Positions 39,442 to 49,015 of a stretch of DNA of 64,000 bases are shown here, piece by piece. Made by a program: the position numbers and the translations under genes. How positions within the stretch are numbered: position 1 is the first letter of the stretch; each line of letters starts with the position of its first letter. A model generated the notes under the pieces. It was not told the DNA's origin, searched no databases, and saw only the letters and a program-made list of their open reading frames with translations. This stretch comes from Bacteriovoracia bacterium (GTDB lineage: Bacteria > Bdellovibrionota > UBA1018 > CAIPTA01), in NCBI GenBank assembly GCA_050246755.1, contig JBFWVL010000001.1:128001-192000 (forward strand). The letters are read 5' to 3'.

Positions 39442-39664
39442 AAAAAGGTGAAGCCCCACTCCCTGAGGAAGAGTGAGGCTTCGGTGTGGCCAGCTGGCTC
39501 ACACGATCGATGGATCGCGCCCGCTAGGTGGATGGAGACACCTAACGGAAAGTACTAATCTCTCGGATAACTGAGGGGGCCGAGAAACTAGGCGATTTGT
39601 CTGGGGGAAAAAATTCTAAAGAGCCGGGATCGTGGAGACTCTGGTTGTGAAGGAGCAGCGGGCG
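39442..39664 (-). ncRNA. Candidate novel structured sRNA (about 220 nt) with C-rich loops
   Basis: Own promoter and terminator; about 6 hairpins whose G-U wobbles work only on the minus strand; 8-bp long-range helix; no ORF in the track. Confidence 0.7.
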
Positions 39665-39670
39665 AGGAGA

Positions 39671-39699
39671 GTTATACGTCCGGAGCCGCTAAAATACAA
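39671..39699 (-). promoter_or_regulatory. Sigma70 promoter TTGTAT-N17-TATAAC
   Basis: Near-consensus hexamers with an exact 17-nt spacer, directly upstream of the structured region. Confidence 0.7.
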
Positions 39700-39738
39700 G
39701 TAAAATAGTCAGGAATTTACTGGTTTAAAATCAACAAC

Positions 39739-40203
39739 TTAGGGACTTGCCTGGAGCATCAGGCCCTCGATCGCGATCGCGCCCACGGCATTCTTCACTC
39801 CGTAGTAGCTCTGGAGAAGCACGGAGCCGTCCGGCTGGGGGTGGAGCTTGAGATTATAGGCGTAAGAAACACCGCCGCTCCGGGAAACGGTGATGAGGGT
39901 AGTGTCGGTGATAGTGCCCACCTGCTCTTCGTCTTCCCCCTCACCCTCGAATACTTTTCCGTCCCGGATCGTCTGCGCTACCGGCCCCCAATTGGAATCA
40001 TAGGTTCCGCAATTGGCGCGGTACTGCTTGGTGAGAAGGAGCCCCTCTTTTTGCTCGATCACGATTTCGATCTTCGAGCAATCACCCTTGATGCCCACGG
40101 TGCTATTGATCTTTCCGGTGGTGGTGAGCCAGTGGCCGGAGAAATTTCCCACGGCGAAGGCGGGGGTGGAAACTAGAGCGGCGAGTAAGAATAGAGTTTT
40201 CAT
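39739..40203 (-). CDS. Secreted hypothetical protein (small beta-barrel-like)
   Basis: Signal peptide ending AFA; NFSGHW lipocalin-like start; Cys pair. Confidence 0.75.
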   Translation of the reverse strand: MKTLFLLAALVSTPAFAVGNFSGHWLTTTGKINSTVGIKGDCSKIEIVIEQKEGLLLTKQYRANCGTYDSNWGPVAQTIRDGKVFEGEGEDEEQVGTITDTTLITVSRSGGVSYAYNLKLHPQPDGSVLLQSYYGVKNAVGAIAIEGLMLQASP

Positions 40204-40273
40204 AAGTAGACGCTACCGCAGCCCTGCGGAGAGAGCAAATGACGCGCATCTTAACCAAAGGTGCCTGACACCA

Positions 40274-40867
40274 TCAGCGGCGAAATACCAAATCCCAGCA
40301 GATTTCCCCGCGCGCCAAATATTTCTTCTCAAAATGCGTGCGCGGCTCGGCGTGAGCGGGAACGATACCTTCAGTTACAAGTTCGAGGCCCCACTCTCCC
40401 GTAATTTTCTCCTTCGCCCCCGCCCGATAAAAATCCATATTCGTAGCGAGAGTCAATAAACCACCCACCCGCATGGTCTCCACGATCACCGAGAAAAACG
40501 GCATCTCGTGGAAACGCAAATTCCGCTGGCTCTCTTTTGGATAGGGGTTGGGATACAGCAAAAAATATCGGTCCACCGAACCGGGCGAAACCCCGTGCGT
40601 GATCCAGGGAATCGCGTCGCCGTGAATCGCCCGCAAATTCGGCAAGGCCGGGTGGTGCGCCAGTCTTCCTTGAAACCGCGCGAATTTCTCCGCCGTGCGC
40701 TCGAAGGCCACTAATTGCCGCCCGGGATTCTCGCGGGCGTATTTCAAAGGATGAAATCCCACGCCGCAGCCTATTTCAATATCCAAAGGCATGCCCGTAC
40801 GCAAAGCCAAGGGAGAAAAATCCGGAGGCAGCGGAATTTTCTCCCGCGGAAAAACGCGCACGATCAA
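40274..40867 (-). CDS. trmB: tRNA (guanine-N7)-methyltransferase-like protein
   Basis: DIEIGCGVG, YPNPYPK, LATN and THFEKKY (divergent TrmB motifs). Confidence 0.75.
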   Translation of the reverse strand: MIVRVFPREKIPLPPDFSPLALRTGMPLDIEIGCGVGFHPLKYARENPGRQLVAFERTAEKFARFQGRLAHHPALPNLRAIHGDAIPWITHGVSPGSVDRYFLLYPNPYPKESQRNLRFHEMPFFSVIVETMRVGGLLTLATNMDFYRAGAKEKITGEWGLELVTEGIVPAHAEPRTHFEKKYLARGEICWDLVFRR

Positions 40868-41703
40868 CCCATTTTCTTGGATTGGGGATCGAGGGCATCG
40901 CGGAGACCATCGCCCAAAAAGTTAAACGCCAGGATCGTGAGGAAGAGCGCGATGCCGGGGAAAAAAATCAAATAGGGATAGGTGCGGTAGGCGCGCCAGC
41001 CTTCGTTGGCGAGGGTGCCCCAGCTCGCGAAGGGCGGCTCGAGCCCGAGGCCCACGAAGCTCAGAAAACTTTCCGCCAAAATATTCTGGGGAATCCCGAA
41101 CGTGAGGCTCACGATCACCGGCCCGAGAATATTGGGCAGGATATGCTGGAACAAAATCCTCGTGCTGCGCATGCCAAGCGAGCGCGCCGCTTCCACGTAG
41201 AGCATTTCTTTGGCCTGCAGCACTTGCCCGCGCACAAGCCGCGCTTCCCCTACCCAGCCCACGATCCCGAGCGCCAGGAAAATCCCCAAAGGCCCCCGGC
41301 CCACCACGAGCATGAGCATCACCGTCACGAGCAGCGAGGGCAGCGCCAATAAAATATCCGCGGCCCGCATCATCACGGTATCGATCTTGCCGCCCGCATA
41401 GCCCGAGATGGCGCCATAGACGGTGCCGATGACCAGGGAAAAAATCGCGGTGAAAAATCCCACCGCCAGCGAAATGCGTGCGCCGTAGAGGATGCGGGAA
41501 AAAAGATCGCGGCCCAGGGAATCGGTGCCGAACCAGAAAGTGGAATTAGGAAACTGCAGGGCCTGATCAGCATCCTGGGCGAAATAGGAAAATTTCGTGA
41601 GCCAGGGCGCGAGGATCGCCACTAGCGAGAGCAGAAGCAGAAAGCCGAGGCTCACCATGGCTAGGCGATGACGCTTCAATCTTTTCCAGGCTTCGCCGTA
41701 CAT
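40864..41703 (-). CDS. oppC: Oligopeptide ABC transporter permease
   Basis: FGTDSLGRD, YVEAARSLG and HILPN motifs. Confidence 0.92.
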   Translation of the reverse strand: MYGEAWKRLKRHRLAMVSLGFLLLLSLVAILAPWLTKFSYFAQDADQALQFPNSTFWFGTDSLGRDLFSRILYGARISLAVGFFTAIFSLVIGTVYGAISGYAGGKIDTVMMRAADILLALPSLLVTVMLMLVVGRGPLGIFLALGIVGWVGEARLVRGQVLQAKEMLYVEAARSLGMRSTRILFQHILPNILGPVIVSLTFGIPQNILAESFLSFVGLGLEPPFASWGTLANEGWRAYRTYPYLIFFPGIALFLTILAFNFLGDGLRDALDPQSKKMG

Positions 41704-42621
41704 CTAGCGCACCCGGATCCTGGGATCGATCACCACGTAGGCGATGTCCACGAGCAAATTGGCCATCACGAGCGTAAAGCCATAGACCATCGTTACGCCC
41801 ATGATCAGCGGATAATCGCGGTTCGTGACCGCATCGATGAAGTATTTTCCCATACCGGGAATCGCGAACACGTATTCGATCACGAAGGTGCCGGTGAGCA
41901 CGTAGGCCGCCAAGGGGCCAATCAGCGTGACCACGGGAATCAGCGAGTTCCGCAGAGCGTGCTTGAGCACCACCATCGATTCGCTCACGCCCTTGGCGCG
42001 GGCGGTGCGCACGTAGTCGGAACGGATGCTCTCGAGCAGGGCCGCGCGCGTGAGCCGCGCAATTAAGGCTGCCGGGCGCGTTCCTAAAGTAATGGTGGGC
42101 AAAATTTTATGCACCCACTCTTCCCAGAGCGCGGGCGGGAGCCAATTCAGCTGGAGTGAAAACACGTAGATCAAAATCGCGGCCACGAAATAAGAAGGCA
42201 GGCTGATCCCCGCCACCGCCATGAACATCGCGGAAAAATCTACCCAGGTATTTTGCTTATAGGCTGAAAGAATCCCGAGCGGGATGCCGAGCGCGATCGC
42301 CAGCACCAGCGAATAGATCCCGAGCTCCATCGAGGTGGGCAAGGTATCGAGAATGATCTCGCTCACGGTGCGGCCAATATACTTGAAGCTCGGGCCGAAA
42401 TCGAAACGGGTCATGCCGCTGAGGTAATTGAAATACTGCACGGCCAGCGGCTTATCGAGGCCGAATTTGGCTTCCACGTTGGCCTTGATGTCGGGAGGCA
42501 AGGCTTTATCGGAATCGAAGGGCCCGCCCGGCACGATGCGAAGCAGAAAAAACGTGATCGTGGCGAGCACGAAGAGCGTCGCGAAAATGGTGAGAATTCG
42601 TCTCAGGAGAAAAGCGGCCAT
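41704..42621 (-). CDS. oppB: Oligopeptide ABC transporter permease
   Basis: PGGPF, YVRTARAKG, HALRNSL and NRDYP motifs. Confidence 0.93.
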   Translation of the reverse strand: MAAFLLRRILTIFATLFVLATITFFLLRIVPGGPFDSDKALPPDIKANVEAKFGLDKPLAVQYFNYLSGMTRFDFGPSFKYIGRTVSEIILDTLPTSMELGIYSLVLAIALGIPLGILSAYKQNTWVDFSAMFMAVAGISLPSYFVAAILIYVFSLQLNWLPPALWEEWVHKILPTITLGTRPAALIARLTRAALLESIRSDYVRTARAKGVSESMVVLKHALRNSLIPVVTLIGPLAAYVLTGTFVIEYVFAIPGMGKYFIDAVTNRDYPLIMGVTMVYGFTLVMANLLVDIAYVVIDPRIRVR

Positions 42622-42660
42622 CTATTATTTCTTATCTCTCGACCCGGCCTCAACCGCAAT

Positions 42661-44280
42661 CTAAGACTTACCGCCACTAGTTCTCATGCGGCGCCAAAGC
42701 GATCTACCTACGGATTTCCAAGAATCTTCCTCGAAATAGAAGTTCTGGAAGTACCATTTATCCAAAATATTCAAATTGACGCCCCGCAATTGAGCCCGCG
42801 CCAGGGCTTGATGGCTAGTAAAAAAGAGCGGCATGATCACGGCTTGGTCTTCCAGTAAAAGCTTCTGGGCTTCGCGATATAAGCCCGCACGCACGCCCTC
42901 GTCGGCCGTAGAAACGGCGCGCTCGATCAGCTTATCGTAAGCGGCATTACTCCAGCCCGTATAATTGCTTTCGCTCGTGGAAGTGAACACGTTCATGAAG
43001 CTATGGGGATCGGGATAATCAGCCACCCACCCGAGGTAGACGATATTGGGCATTTTTTCCCTCTTGCCCCCCGTGAGCGAAGATAAAAACTTTCCGTACT
43101 CCCGCGAATCCATCTGCTCGAGCTTGGTGCGCGCGCCCAAGTTCTCGGCTACCAAGCGCTGTAGAGTTTGGAATAATAAATTCCAGGTATCGTTTCCACT
43201 GAAGCGAACGTCTAAGGTTTGCCCAGCCAGGAGGCGGCTTTTTTGCGAATCGGTGGCAATGCCGATTTCGGGGCGGTAGCCGATCAGCCCAGGAGGAATC
43301 CAGGAAGACGTGGGATTCTGGGAACCCTGAAAAAAAGAGGCCAGGAGCGGACGGTCCAGCGCGCGGATAAAGGCGCGGCGGTTTTCTACCTTATCGAAGG
43401 GAGGTTTGCGCGTATTGAAAAGCAAATAACTCACCGACAGCTTGGGGCCCGAGCGATAGTCGGGATGCGCCTGTAGCTTACGCGCGAACGAGGGCGGTAG
43501 ATCGCGGGGGATGATATCTAGCTCCCCGTTCTCGTACATCGCGAAGGCCGTGAGCGGCTCGGCGATCATGCGGCAAATCACGGTGTCGATGGCGGGCGGT
43601 TCGCCGTGGTACCCGCGGAATCCTTTCAACACGATGCGATCGCCCTGGGTCCACTCGGCCACGCGGTAGGGCCCGAGGGTGACCAGCTTCTCGGGATCGG
43701 TCCACTGCTCCCCGTATTTTTCGATGAGATCTTTGCGGATGGGAAACGTGGAGGGCGAAGCCACGAGGTGCAAAAAATACGGCACCGGGCGCCGGAGCTT
43801 TACCTCGAGCGTGAGATCGTCGATCGCCTTCACGCCCACCCTCGAGAAATCCTTGATTGCGCCATCGGCGAAGGCTTTCGCGTTTTCAATATCGAAAAGA
43901 TGGTAGGCATTCGAACTATGCGTGGCGGGAGAGAGCAGCCGCTCCCAGGAGTCCACGAACTGCTGAGCCGTGAGCGGCGCGCCGTCCGTCCACGCCGTTC
44001 CCGCGCGCAGGCGAAACCGGTATACCTTCCCCTGCTCCGCCACGGTCCAATATTCGGTGAGCGCAGGCAGCGGGCGAATTAGTTCCAGGCGTGCGCTTTT
44101 GACGGGATCGGAATAGGTGGTGAGGCCTTCCATTACATTATCGAGAATCGTGACGGAGGTGGTATCGATGGCGCGGTTCCAATCGAGCTGCAGCGCTTCG
44201 ATGCCGAGATTAAACTGCAGGGGGCGATCGCCGCCGCTGCAGCCCACGAGCAACAGTAAAAGTGCTAAGGCTCTTGCCAC
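42661..44280 (-). CDS. oppA: Oligopeptide ABC transporter substrate-binding lipoprotein
   Basis: Lipobox LVGC; WTDGAPLTAQQF, GVKAIDDLTL and GWVADYPDP motifs. Confidence 0.9.
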   Translation of the reverse strand: MARALALLLLLVGCSGGDRPLQFNLGIEALQLDWNRAIDTTSVTILDNVMEGLTTYSDPVKSARLELIRPLPALTEYWTVAEQGKVYRFRLRAGTAWTDGAPLTAQQFVDSWERLLSPATHSSNAYHLFDIENAKAFADGAIKDFSRVGVKAIDDLTLEVKLRRPVPYFLHLVASPSTFPIRKDLIEKYGEQWTDPEKLVTLGPYRVAEWTQGDRIVLKGFRGYHGEPPAIDTVICRMIAEPLTAFAMYENGELDIIPRDLPPSFARKLQAHPDYRSGPKLSVSYLLFNTRKPPFDKVENRRAFIRALDRPLLASFFQGSQNPTSSWIPPGLIGYRPEIGIATDSQKSRLLAGQTLDVRFSGNDTWNLLFQTLQRLVAENLGARTKLEQMDSREYGKFLSSLTGGKREKMPNIVYLGWVADYPDPHSFMNVFTSTSESNYTGWSNAAYDKLIERAVSTADEGVRAGLYREAQKLLLEDQAVIMPLFFTSHQALARAQLRGVNLNILDKWYFQNFYFEEDSWKSVGRSLWRRMRTSGGKS

Positions 44281-45122
44281 TGCAGCTTCCTCGGGCCGCC
44301 CAGGAGCTTGCGGGGCTTGGCGATATTTCCCCAGCGGGGGTCGAACTCGGGCTCTTCGAGCAAACCCAACCCTTCGTAGGCCGCCATCCAGGCGCAGAGA
44401 AGCGCATCGAACGCCGTGAGCTCCTGGGATAGCTGGGAAATCTCGCTATTGTATAAAAATAAATGCGGGATCTCGGGATGCCGCGGAGGCGAACTTAGTT
44501 TATCGAGCAAGGTGAAGCGATTCTCGAGCCCGTCCTCCACGTCGCGGGCCCGGCGCAGCTCGCGGGAATTAAAATCGTACTGCTCCGCGATCCCGCTCAG
44601 CGCCAGGCGCGGATTCACTTCGAGCAAGGTTTCCGCCTCGAGATGGCGGCGCAGGTACTGCATGCGCACGGCTAGCGGGGCGCGCGAAGAGCCGAACGAT
44701 TCGTCCACCGGAAAAGGCACGATCGCATCGTCTTGCCATTTTCCCCGCATTAAATAGTCCACGGGCCGCTGAGTATACGGCGAAGGGAATCGTACTTTCC
44801 CCCAGCGCTTGCCCTCTTCGCGCATCCAGCGCACGGCCCCTACTTCGCAGCGGGAAAACGTGGGGCAAATATCGAGGGTGCAAGCCACGCAGGGCGGCAG
44901 CGAGAGCGGAGCATCGATGCCGATGATCTCGGGCTCGAGCTCGTTCAGGTAGGCGATGAGCTGATCGTCGGAAGATTGCTCCTCGGTGGACTGAAAATTC
45001 GTGCGCAGCTCAGCAAGGAAAACTTTTTTCTGCTCCGGAAAATAATCGAGCGCCACCACCGCCGTGCGGCGGCCGCTGCCCAGTTCCAGCCCAACGTATC
45101 GAGTCTTAGTACTCATAGTCAC
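44265..45122 (-). CDS. DUF429-like RNase H-fold predicted nuclease
   Basis: YVGLELG, IGIDAPLSLP, LLEVNP and FDALLCA motifs. Confidence 0.75.
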   Translation of the reverse strand: MTMSTKTRYVGLELGSGRRTAVVALDYFPEQKKVFLAELRTNFQSTEEQSSDDQLIAYLNELEPEIIGIDAPLSLPPCVACTLDICPTFSRCEVGAVRWMREEGKRWGKVRFPSPYTQRPVDYLMRGKWQDDAIVPFPVDESFGSSRAPLAVRMQYLRRHLEAETLLEVNPRLALSGIAEQYDFNSRELRRARDVEDGLENRFTLLDKLSSPPRHPEIPHLFLYNSEISQLSQELTAFDALLCAWMAAYEGLGLLEEPEFDPRWGNIAKPRKLLGGPRKLQWQEP

Positions 45123-45149
45123 CTATCGTACCAGAAAAGAGAGGCGCTC

Positions 45150-46160
45150 TTAGTAAGAGTTGATGCTCAGGCCTTCGGAGTCCACGTGGAAATCGATGAT
45201 CTTCGCGTCTTTTTCGCGGAGTTTTTTGATCAAGGGATATTTATCCGTGGGATTCGTCCAGAACATCACGCAGCCACCCCCGCCGGCGCCGCAAATTTTG
45301 GCGGCCTTCGCGCCGTTCTCTTTGGCGAAGGTGATCAGCTCTTCGATTTCCGGGGTGGAAATCTCGGGAGCCAGCTTCCGGCGATGTTCCATCTCGAACT
45401 CGATCGCTTTCGCGGCCTCTTCGTAACGGCCGGTTTTGAGCGCCACTTCGAGCTCGAGGGTAGCTTCCTGGATCGCGTGCATATGGCCTTGCACTTCTTT
45501 GTTGCCATCGAGGAAATCGCGCATCACTTGCCAGTTATTGATCCCGGAATTGCGGGTTTTGCCGCTATAGATCAGCACGATCCGCGATTCGATCTGGTGG
45601 GCGAGAATATGCGAATGGCGCAGCAATCCATCGCCGGTGACTTCGAGGAGAACCGAATTCAAGCCGCCGTACATGGCCGGATAATAATCCTGCACGCCCG
45701 CGGGCTTACGCAGCACCTGGGTTTCCACGTTTTTGGCGATCGTGATGAGCTCTTCGCGGGAATGGCGGCCGCCGATCAGGCTATTCATCGCTCCGCAGAG
45801 CGCGATATTGAGCGCCGAGGATCCGCCGAGGCCGGCGCCGGCGGGGCTCATGCAGGAAGTGGAAATTTTCAATCCGCCCTCGGGGCGGAAGAAGGCGAGC
45901 AGCCGCAATACCAGCTCTAGGGGATGGCCCGGCTCCACTTCGTCGACGTAATCGATCGACGGTAGGCGGTGATTCAGTTCCTGGTCTTCCGAGCGGATCT
46001 CGATGGCGTTGCCGCCCACTTGCTCGATCTTCGCTTTAGCGCGCTGATCGATCGCCACGTTCAAGGTGCGGGATCCGGGGTGAAAAAGGTAGAGCGGCCA
46101 GATATCGGTGGTGCCACCGGCGAGGTCGATGCGAGTGGGTGCGCTGCTGTTAACGATCAT
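45150..46160 (-). CDS. GHMP-family sugar kinase (HddA-like heptose-7-phosphate kinase)
   Basis: APTRIDLAGGTTD, PAGAGLGGSS, GVQDY and KICGAGGGG motifs. Confidence 0.88.
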   Translation of the reverse strand: MIVNSSAPTRIDLAGGTTDIWPLYLFHPGSRTLNVAIDQRAKAKIEQVGGNAIEIRSEDQELNHRLPSIDYVDEVEPGHPLELVLRLLAFFRPEGGLKISTSCMSPAGAGLGGSSALNIALCGAMNSLIGGRHSREELITIAKNVETQVLRKPAGVQDYYPAMYGGLNSVLLEVTGDGLLRHSHILAHQIESRIVLIYSGKTRNSGINNWQVMRDFLDGNKEVQGHMHAIQEATLELEVALKTGRYEEAAKAIEFEMEHRRKLAPEISTPEIEELITFAKENGAKAAKICGAGGGGCVMFWTNPTDKYPLIKKLREKDAKIIDFHVDSEGLSINSY

Positions 46161-46190
46161 TTTGTCTCCTTAGCAACCGGAAAATTCCGC

Positions 46191-46733
46191 TTAGAGCGGG
46201 CGTTCCACGGCGCCGATATAGGAGAGACCTCGATACCGTTCTTGGTGATCGATCCCGTAGCCGACAACGTATTCGTCCCCGATCTGGAAGCCCACGAAAT
46301 CGATTTCGAATGGGCTGCGCAGGGTATGAGGTTTCAGGAATAGCGTACAAACACGCAGGCTCGCGGGTTTGCGGGCCTCCAGCGTTTGCATGAGGAATTG
46401 CAAAGTAGTTCCCGAATCAATCACGTCTTCCACGAGCAAAACGTGTTTTCCGGCCACGGAGCTCGCGAGGTCGAGAGTAACTCTCACCTCACCCGATTGT
46501 TTCGGGCGGCTTCCATAACTGGTGATACCGAGAAAATCACAATTCATCGGCAGATCGATGCCGCGGATCAAATCGGAGAAAAACACAAAGGAACCCTTCA
46601 GCACGCAAATTGCGACGAACGGTTCTTTCCCTTGGTAATGCTCCTCAATCTCTTTTGCCAGTTCCCTTACGCGCGAACGGAGGCGTTCCTCCGGAATCAG
46701 GCAGCGGGGATTGTCTGGCCTTTCGATCGCCAT
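46191..46733 (-). CDS. hpt: Hypoxanthine phosphoribosyltransferase
   Basis: VLKGSFVF, VLLVEDVIDSGTTL and YVVGYGID motifs. Confidence 0.95.
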   Translation of the reverse strand: MAIERPDNPRCLIPEERLRSRVRELAKEIEEHYQGKEPFVAICVLKGSFVFFSDLIRGIDLPMNCDFLGITSYGSRPKQSGEVRVTLDLASSVAGKHVLLVEDVIDSGTTLQFLMQTLEARKPASLRVCTLFLKPHTLRSPFEIDFVGFQIGDEYVVGYGIDHQERYRGLSYIGAVERPL

Positions 46734-46957
46734 CGATCTTCCTTACTACGAATGGGCAGAGTCTCACGACTCGGCTTTCGGCTTTGGTCCGGTCTCTCCG
46801 GATATTTAATAAACCTTTGCGTTCTAGCACTTGCCATCAATTCTGAAAGCTTCGCGCTAACGCTACTAAGAATTTAAATTAACTTAGATTGCCGTAAAGC
46901 GGAATGCTAACGGCGTAGATTCTTCTTTTTCACGAGGAGAAAACGCGGTGCGCAACC

Positions 46958-48298
46958 CTACTTCGAGGGTTTCGCCACCTTGGGCTTAGACACCGACGCG
47001 GGTTTCGGTGAAGGTTTGGGTTTTCCCACTACCTTCACCTTGGCCGGTTTACTTTTCGGCTTATCGGCAGGAATCACCCCATTCGCCGGCACCGGCGCAA
47101 GCGGGAGATCAGCCACCGTTTCCACGCCGCAAAAAGTTTTCCATTCCGGCACCTGCTTGAGTGCGGGCCTCATCTCGGCAACGCACTGCGGAGCGTAAGA
47201 ATAGAGCAGCCCGCCCCCGGCCAGCTTCGCCAACAAAGGCTTTCCGCGGCCCGGAACAAAACCGAGGCAAGCATTCGTGCGGCCCATCGGCATCCGGGTT
47301 CCGTCGAAATTATATTTCGCCTCGTGGGCCACTACGCCGTCGTTCTCCGCCATCCAGTTTACTTCGGGCGTGAGCCCCACCAGCTTCACCCCATTTTTTC
47401 CGGCCGCGAGCAAAGGCCAGCCATTTCCGCGGCCGTGGTCCGAATAGTAATAATCGCCGAACTTAAAAAATCCCGGTCGCTGCAAACCATTCCCGCCTTT
47501 GGTACCACATTTTTTCAGCATCCCGCGGTGCTGAGGATCGCCGGGGTACCCCGCGCCCGCCATTCCACCGCCATGGGAAACCTTTTCCTGCAGGAGCTTC
47601 CCGTTCGCGAGATCGAGGAGGTAAAAGCGCTTATTGCGCGAGTTCTGCGAATAGTCGGCGATGCCGATCACCGGCTTGGTAACCTTCCGCGGGCCGGCCT
47701 TTTCCTTTTGCTGGCGGGAATAAAACAATAAAGCTTGTTTAAGTGGGGCGGACGGCACGCCCATCGCGTGAAATTTATTATAAAGCTCGCAGAGAGGTTC
47801 CTTCTTCGCTTCGGGCGGAGTGGTGGCGGGTGTTGCTTTAGGAGCCGCCTCGGGGCGCGGCTTCGGGAGCGGCACCGGCTCGGCTTTCGGGCGCTCGAGC
47901 GCCGGGCGGCGGTCCGAGAAAGGATCGAGTTTGTCGGCGGTGGCGTCCATCGTCTGGCAGGTGGCGCATTTTTCTTTCTCCGCCCCGTTCTCCGTGGCCT
48001 TAAGGCCCGCCGAGATCTTACGGCTAAGAATCTGCCTCAGCTCTTCGGCCGTGATTTCATAGTAACCATCGAGGGCTTTACCGTCGGGACTAAACACGCG
48101 GATCACGGCGATGTCGGTGAGCTGCTCGGAAACCTCGTAGCTATAGCCCTGGCTCGCGGGCAGCACGAGCGGCGTTTTCGAATCGTGATCCTGCAGCTTC
48201 AGCTCGAGCTCTACATTGTAGCGCGTGGCCGCGCGCACGTGAGCGCCAGCGCAAAGCGCCATGAGCGAAACGATCGTAAAGAAAACAAAGTTCCTCAT
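46958..48298 (-). CDS. Secreted murein L,D-transpeptidase catalytic-domain (YkuD_2-like) protein
   Basis: IADYSQNSRNKRFYLLDL, VSHG and VVAHEAKY...GRTNAC; signal peptide; Pro/Lys-rich linkers. Confidence 0.8.
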   Translation of the reverse strand: MRNFVFFTIVSLMALCAGAHVRAATRYNVELELKLQDHDSKTPLVLPASQGYSYEVSEQLTDIAVIRVFSPDGKALDGYYEITAEELRQILSRKISAGLKATENGAEKEKCATCQTMDATADKLDPFSDRRPALERPKAEPVPLPKPRPEAAPKATPATTPPEAKKEPLCELYNKFHAMGVPSAPLKQALLFYSRQQKEKAGPRKVTKPVIGIADYSQNSRNKRFYLLDLANGKLLQEKVSHGGGMAGAGYPGDPQHRGMLKKCGTKGGNGLQRPGFFKFGDYYYSDHGRGNGWPLLAAGKNGVKLVGLTPEVNWMAENDGVVAHEAKYNFDGTRMPMGRTNACLGFVPGRGKPLLAKLAGGGLLYSYAPQCVAEMRPALKQVPEWKTFCGVETVADLPLAPVPANGVIPADKPKSKPAKVKVVGKPKPSPKPASVSKPKVAKPSK

Positions 48299-48385
48299 CC
48301 CTTTCTTTATCGGTAAAAAGGGAGAAAAACTTAATGAAACTAAGTACTTTGCCGGCTTTTGCCCTAGGAGAAAACCCTAGGCATT

Positions 48386-49015
48386 TTACATACTTACGGT
48401 AGAAGCCGCGGGGCTATGGGTTATGCCTCGCCGAGCCCCCCTCCCAACCCGGATTTCGGGTTCGGGATGGTGATGCGCCCGGCAGCGTGCTTCGTAGGAA
48501 TCTTGGGCGCCCACGAGCACCGTTTCGTCGGAGCTGGAAACGCGCTGGGAGCGAGTGGCGGGAGCCGAGCAAACCACGCAGATCGCGCTCAGCTTGGTCA
48601 CTTGCTCCGCCGTGGCGAGCAAACCGGGCATCGGACCAAAAGGCTTGCCGCGGAAATCCATATCGAGGCCAGCCACCACCACGCGGATCCCCCGCATCGC
48701 TAGACGCTCCACCACTTCGAGCAAACCATCGTCGAAAAACTGGGCTTCATCCACGCCCACTACGCGCGTAGAATCATCCACCTTCATCAAGATTTCGTGG
48801 GCGCTTTGCACGGGAACGGAATCAATGCGATTCGCATTGTGAGAAGCTACGTACTCGACTCCATAGCGATCGTCGATGGCGGGCTTGAATACCTGCAGCT
48901 TCTGGCGTGCAATCTGCGCGCGCTTCATCCGGCGGATCAACTCCTCGGTTTTTCCGCTGAACATGCAGCCACAGATAACTTCCACCCAGCCGTACGCGCT
49001 TACGCCTTCTCTCAT
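48386..49015 (-). CDS. tdk: Thymidine kinase
   Basis: CGCMFSGKTEEL, DEAQF, AGLDMDF, CVVC and YEARCR motifs; likely start at 49015. Confidence 0.95.
   Translation of the reverse strand: MREGVSAYGWVEVICGCMFSGKTEELIRRMKRAQIARQKLQVFKPAIDDRYGVEYVASHNANRIDSVPVQSAHEILMKVDDSTRVVGVDEAQFFDDGLLEVVERLAMRGIRVVVAGLDMDFRGKPFGPMPGLLATAEQVTKLSAICVVCSAPATRSQRVSSSDETVLVGAQDSYEARCRAHHHPEPEIRVGRGARRGITHSPAASTVSM

Noticed and set aside
39442-39670. CsrB/RsmZ-like RNA on the plus strand (many GGA motifs in loops)
   Set aside because: The promoter, U-tailed terminator and G-U wobble pairs all fit the minus strand; the GGA motifs are complements of UCC loops.
46734-46957. Riboswitch (purine or c-di-GMP-I) upstream of hpt
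   Set aside because: Small hairpins and a GGCAA...ACGCAAAG stretch are present, but the consensus stems and spacing of neither class could be built.
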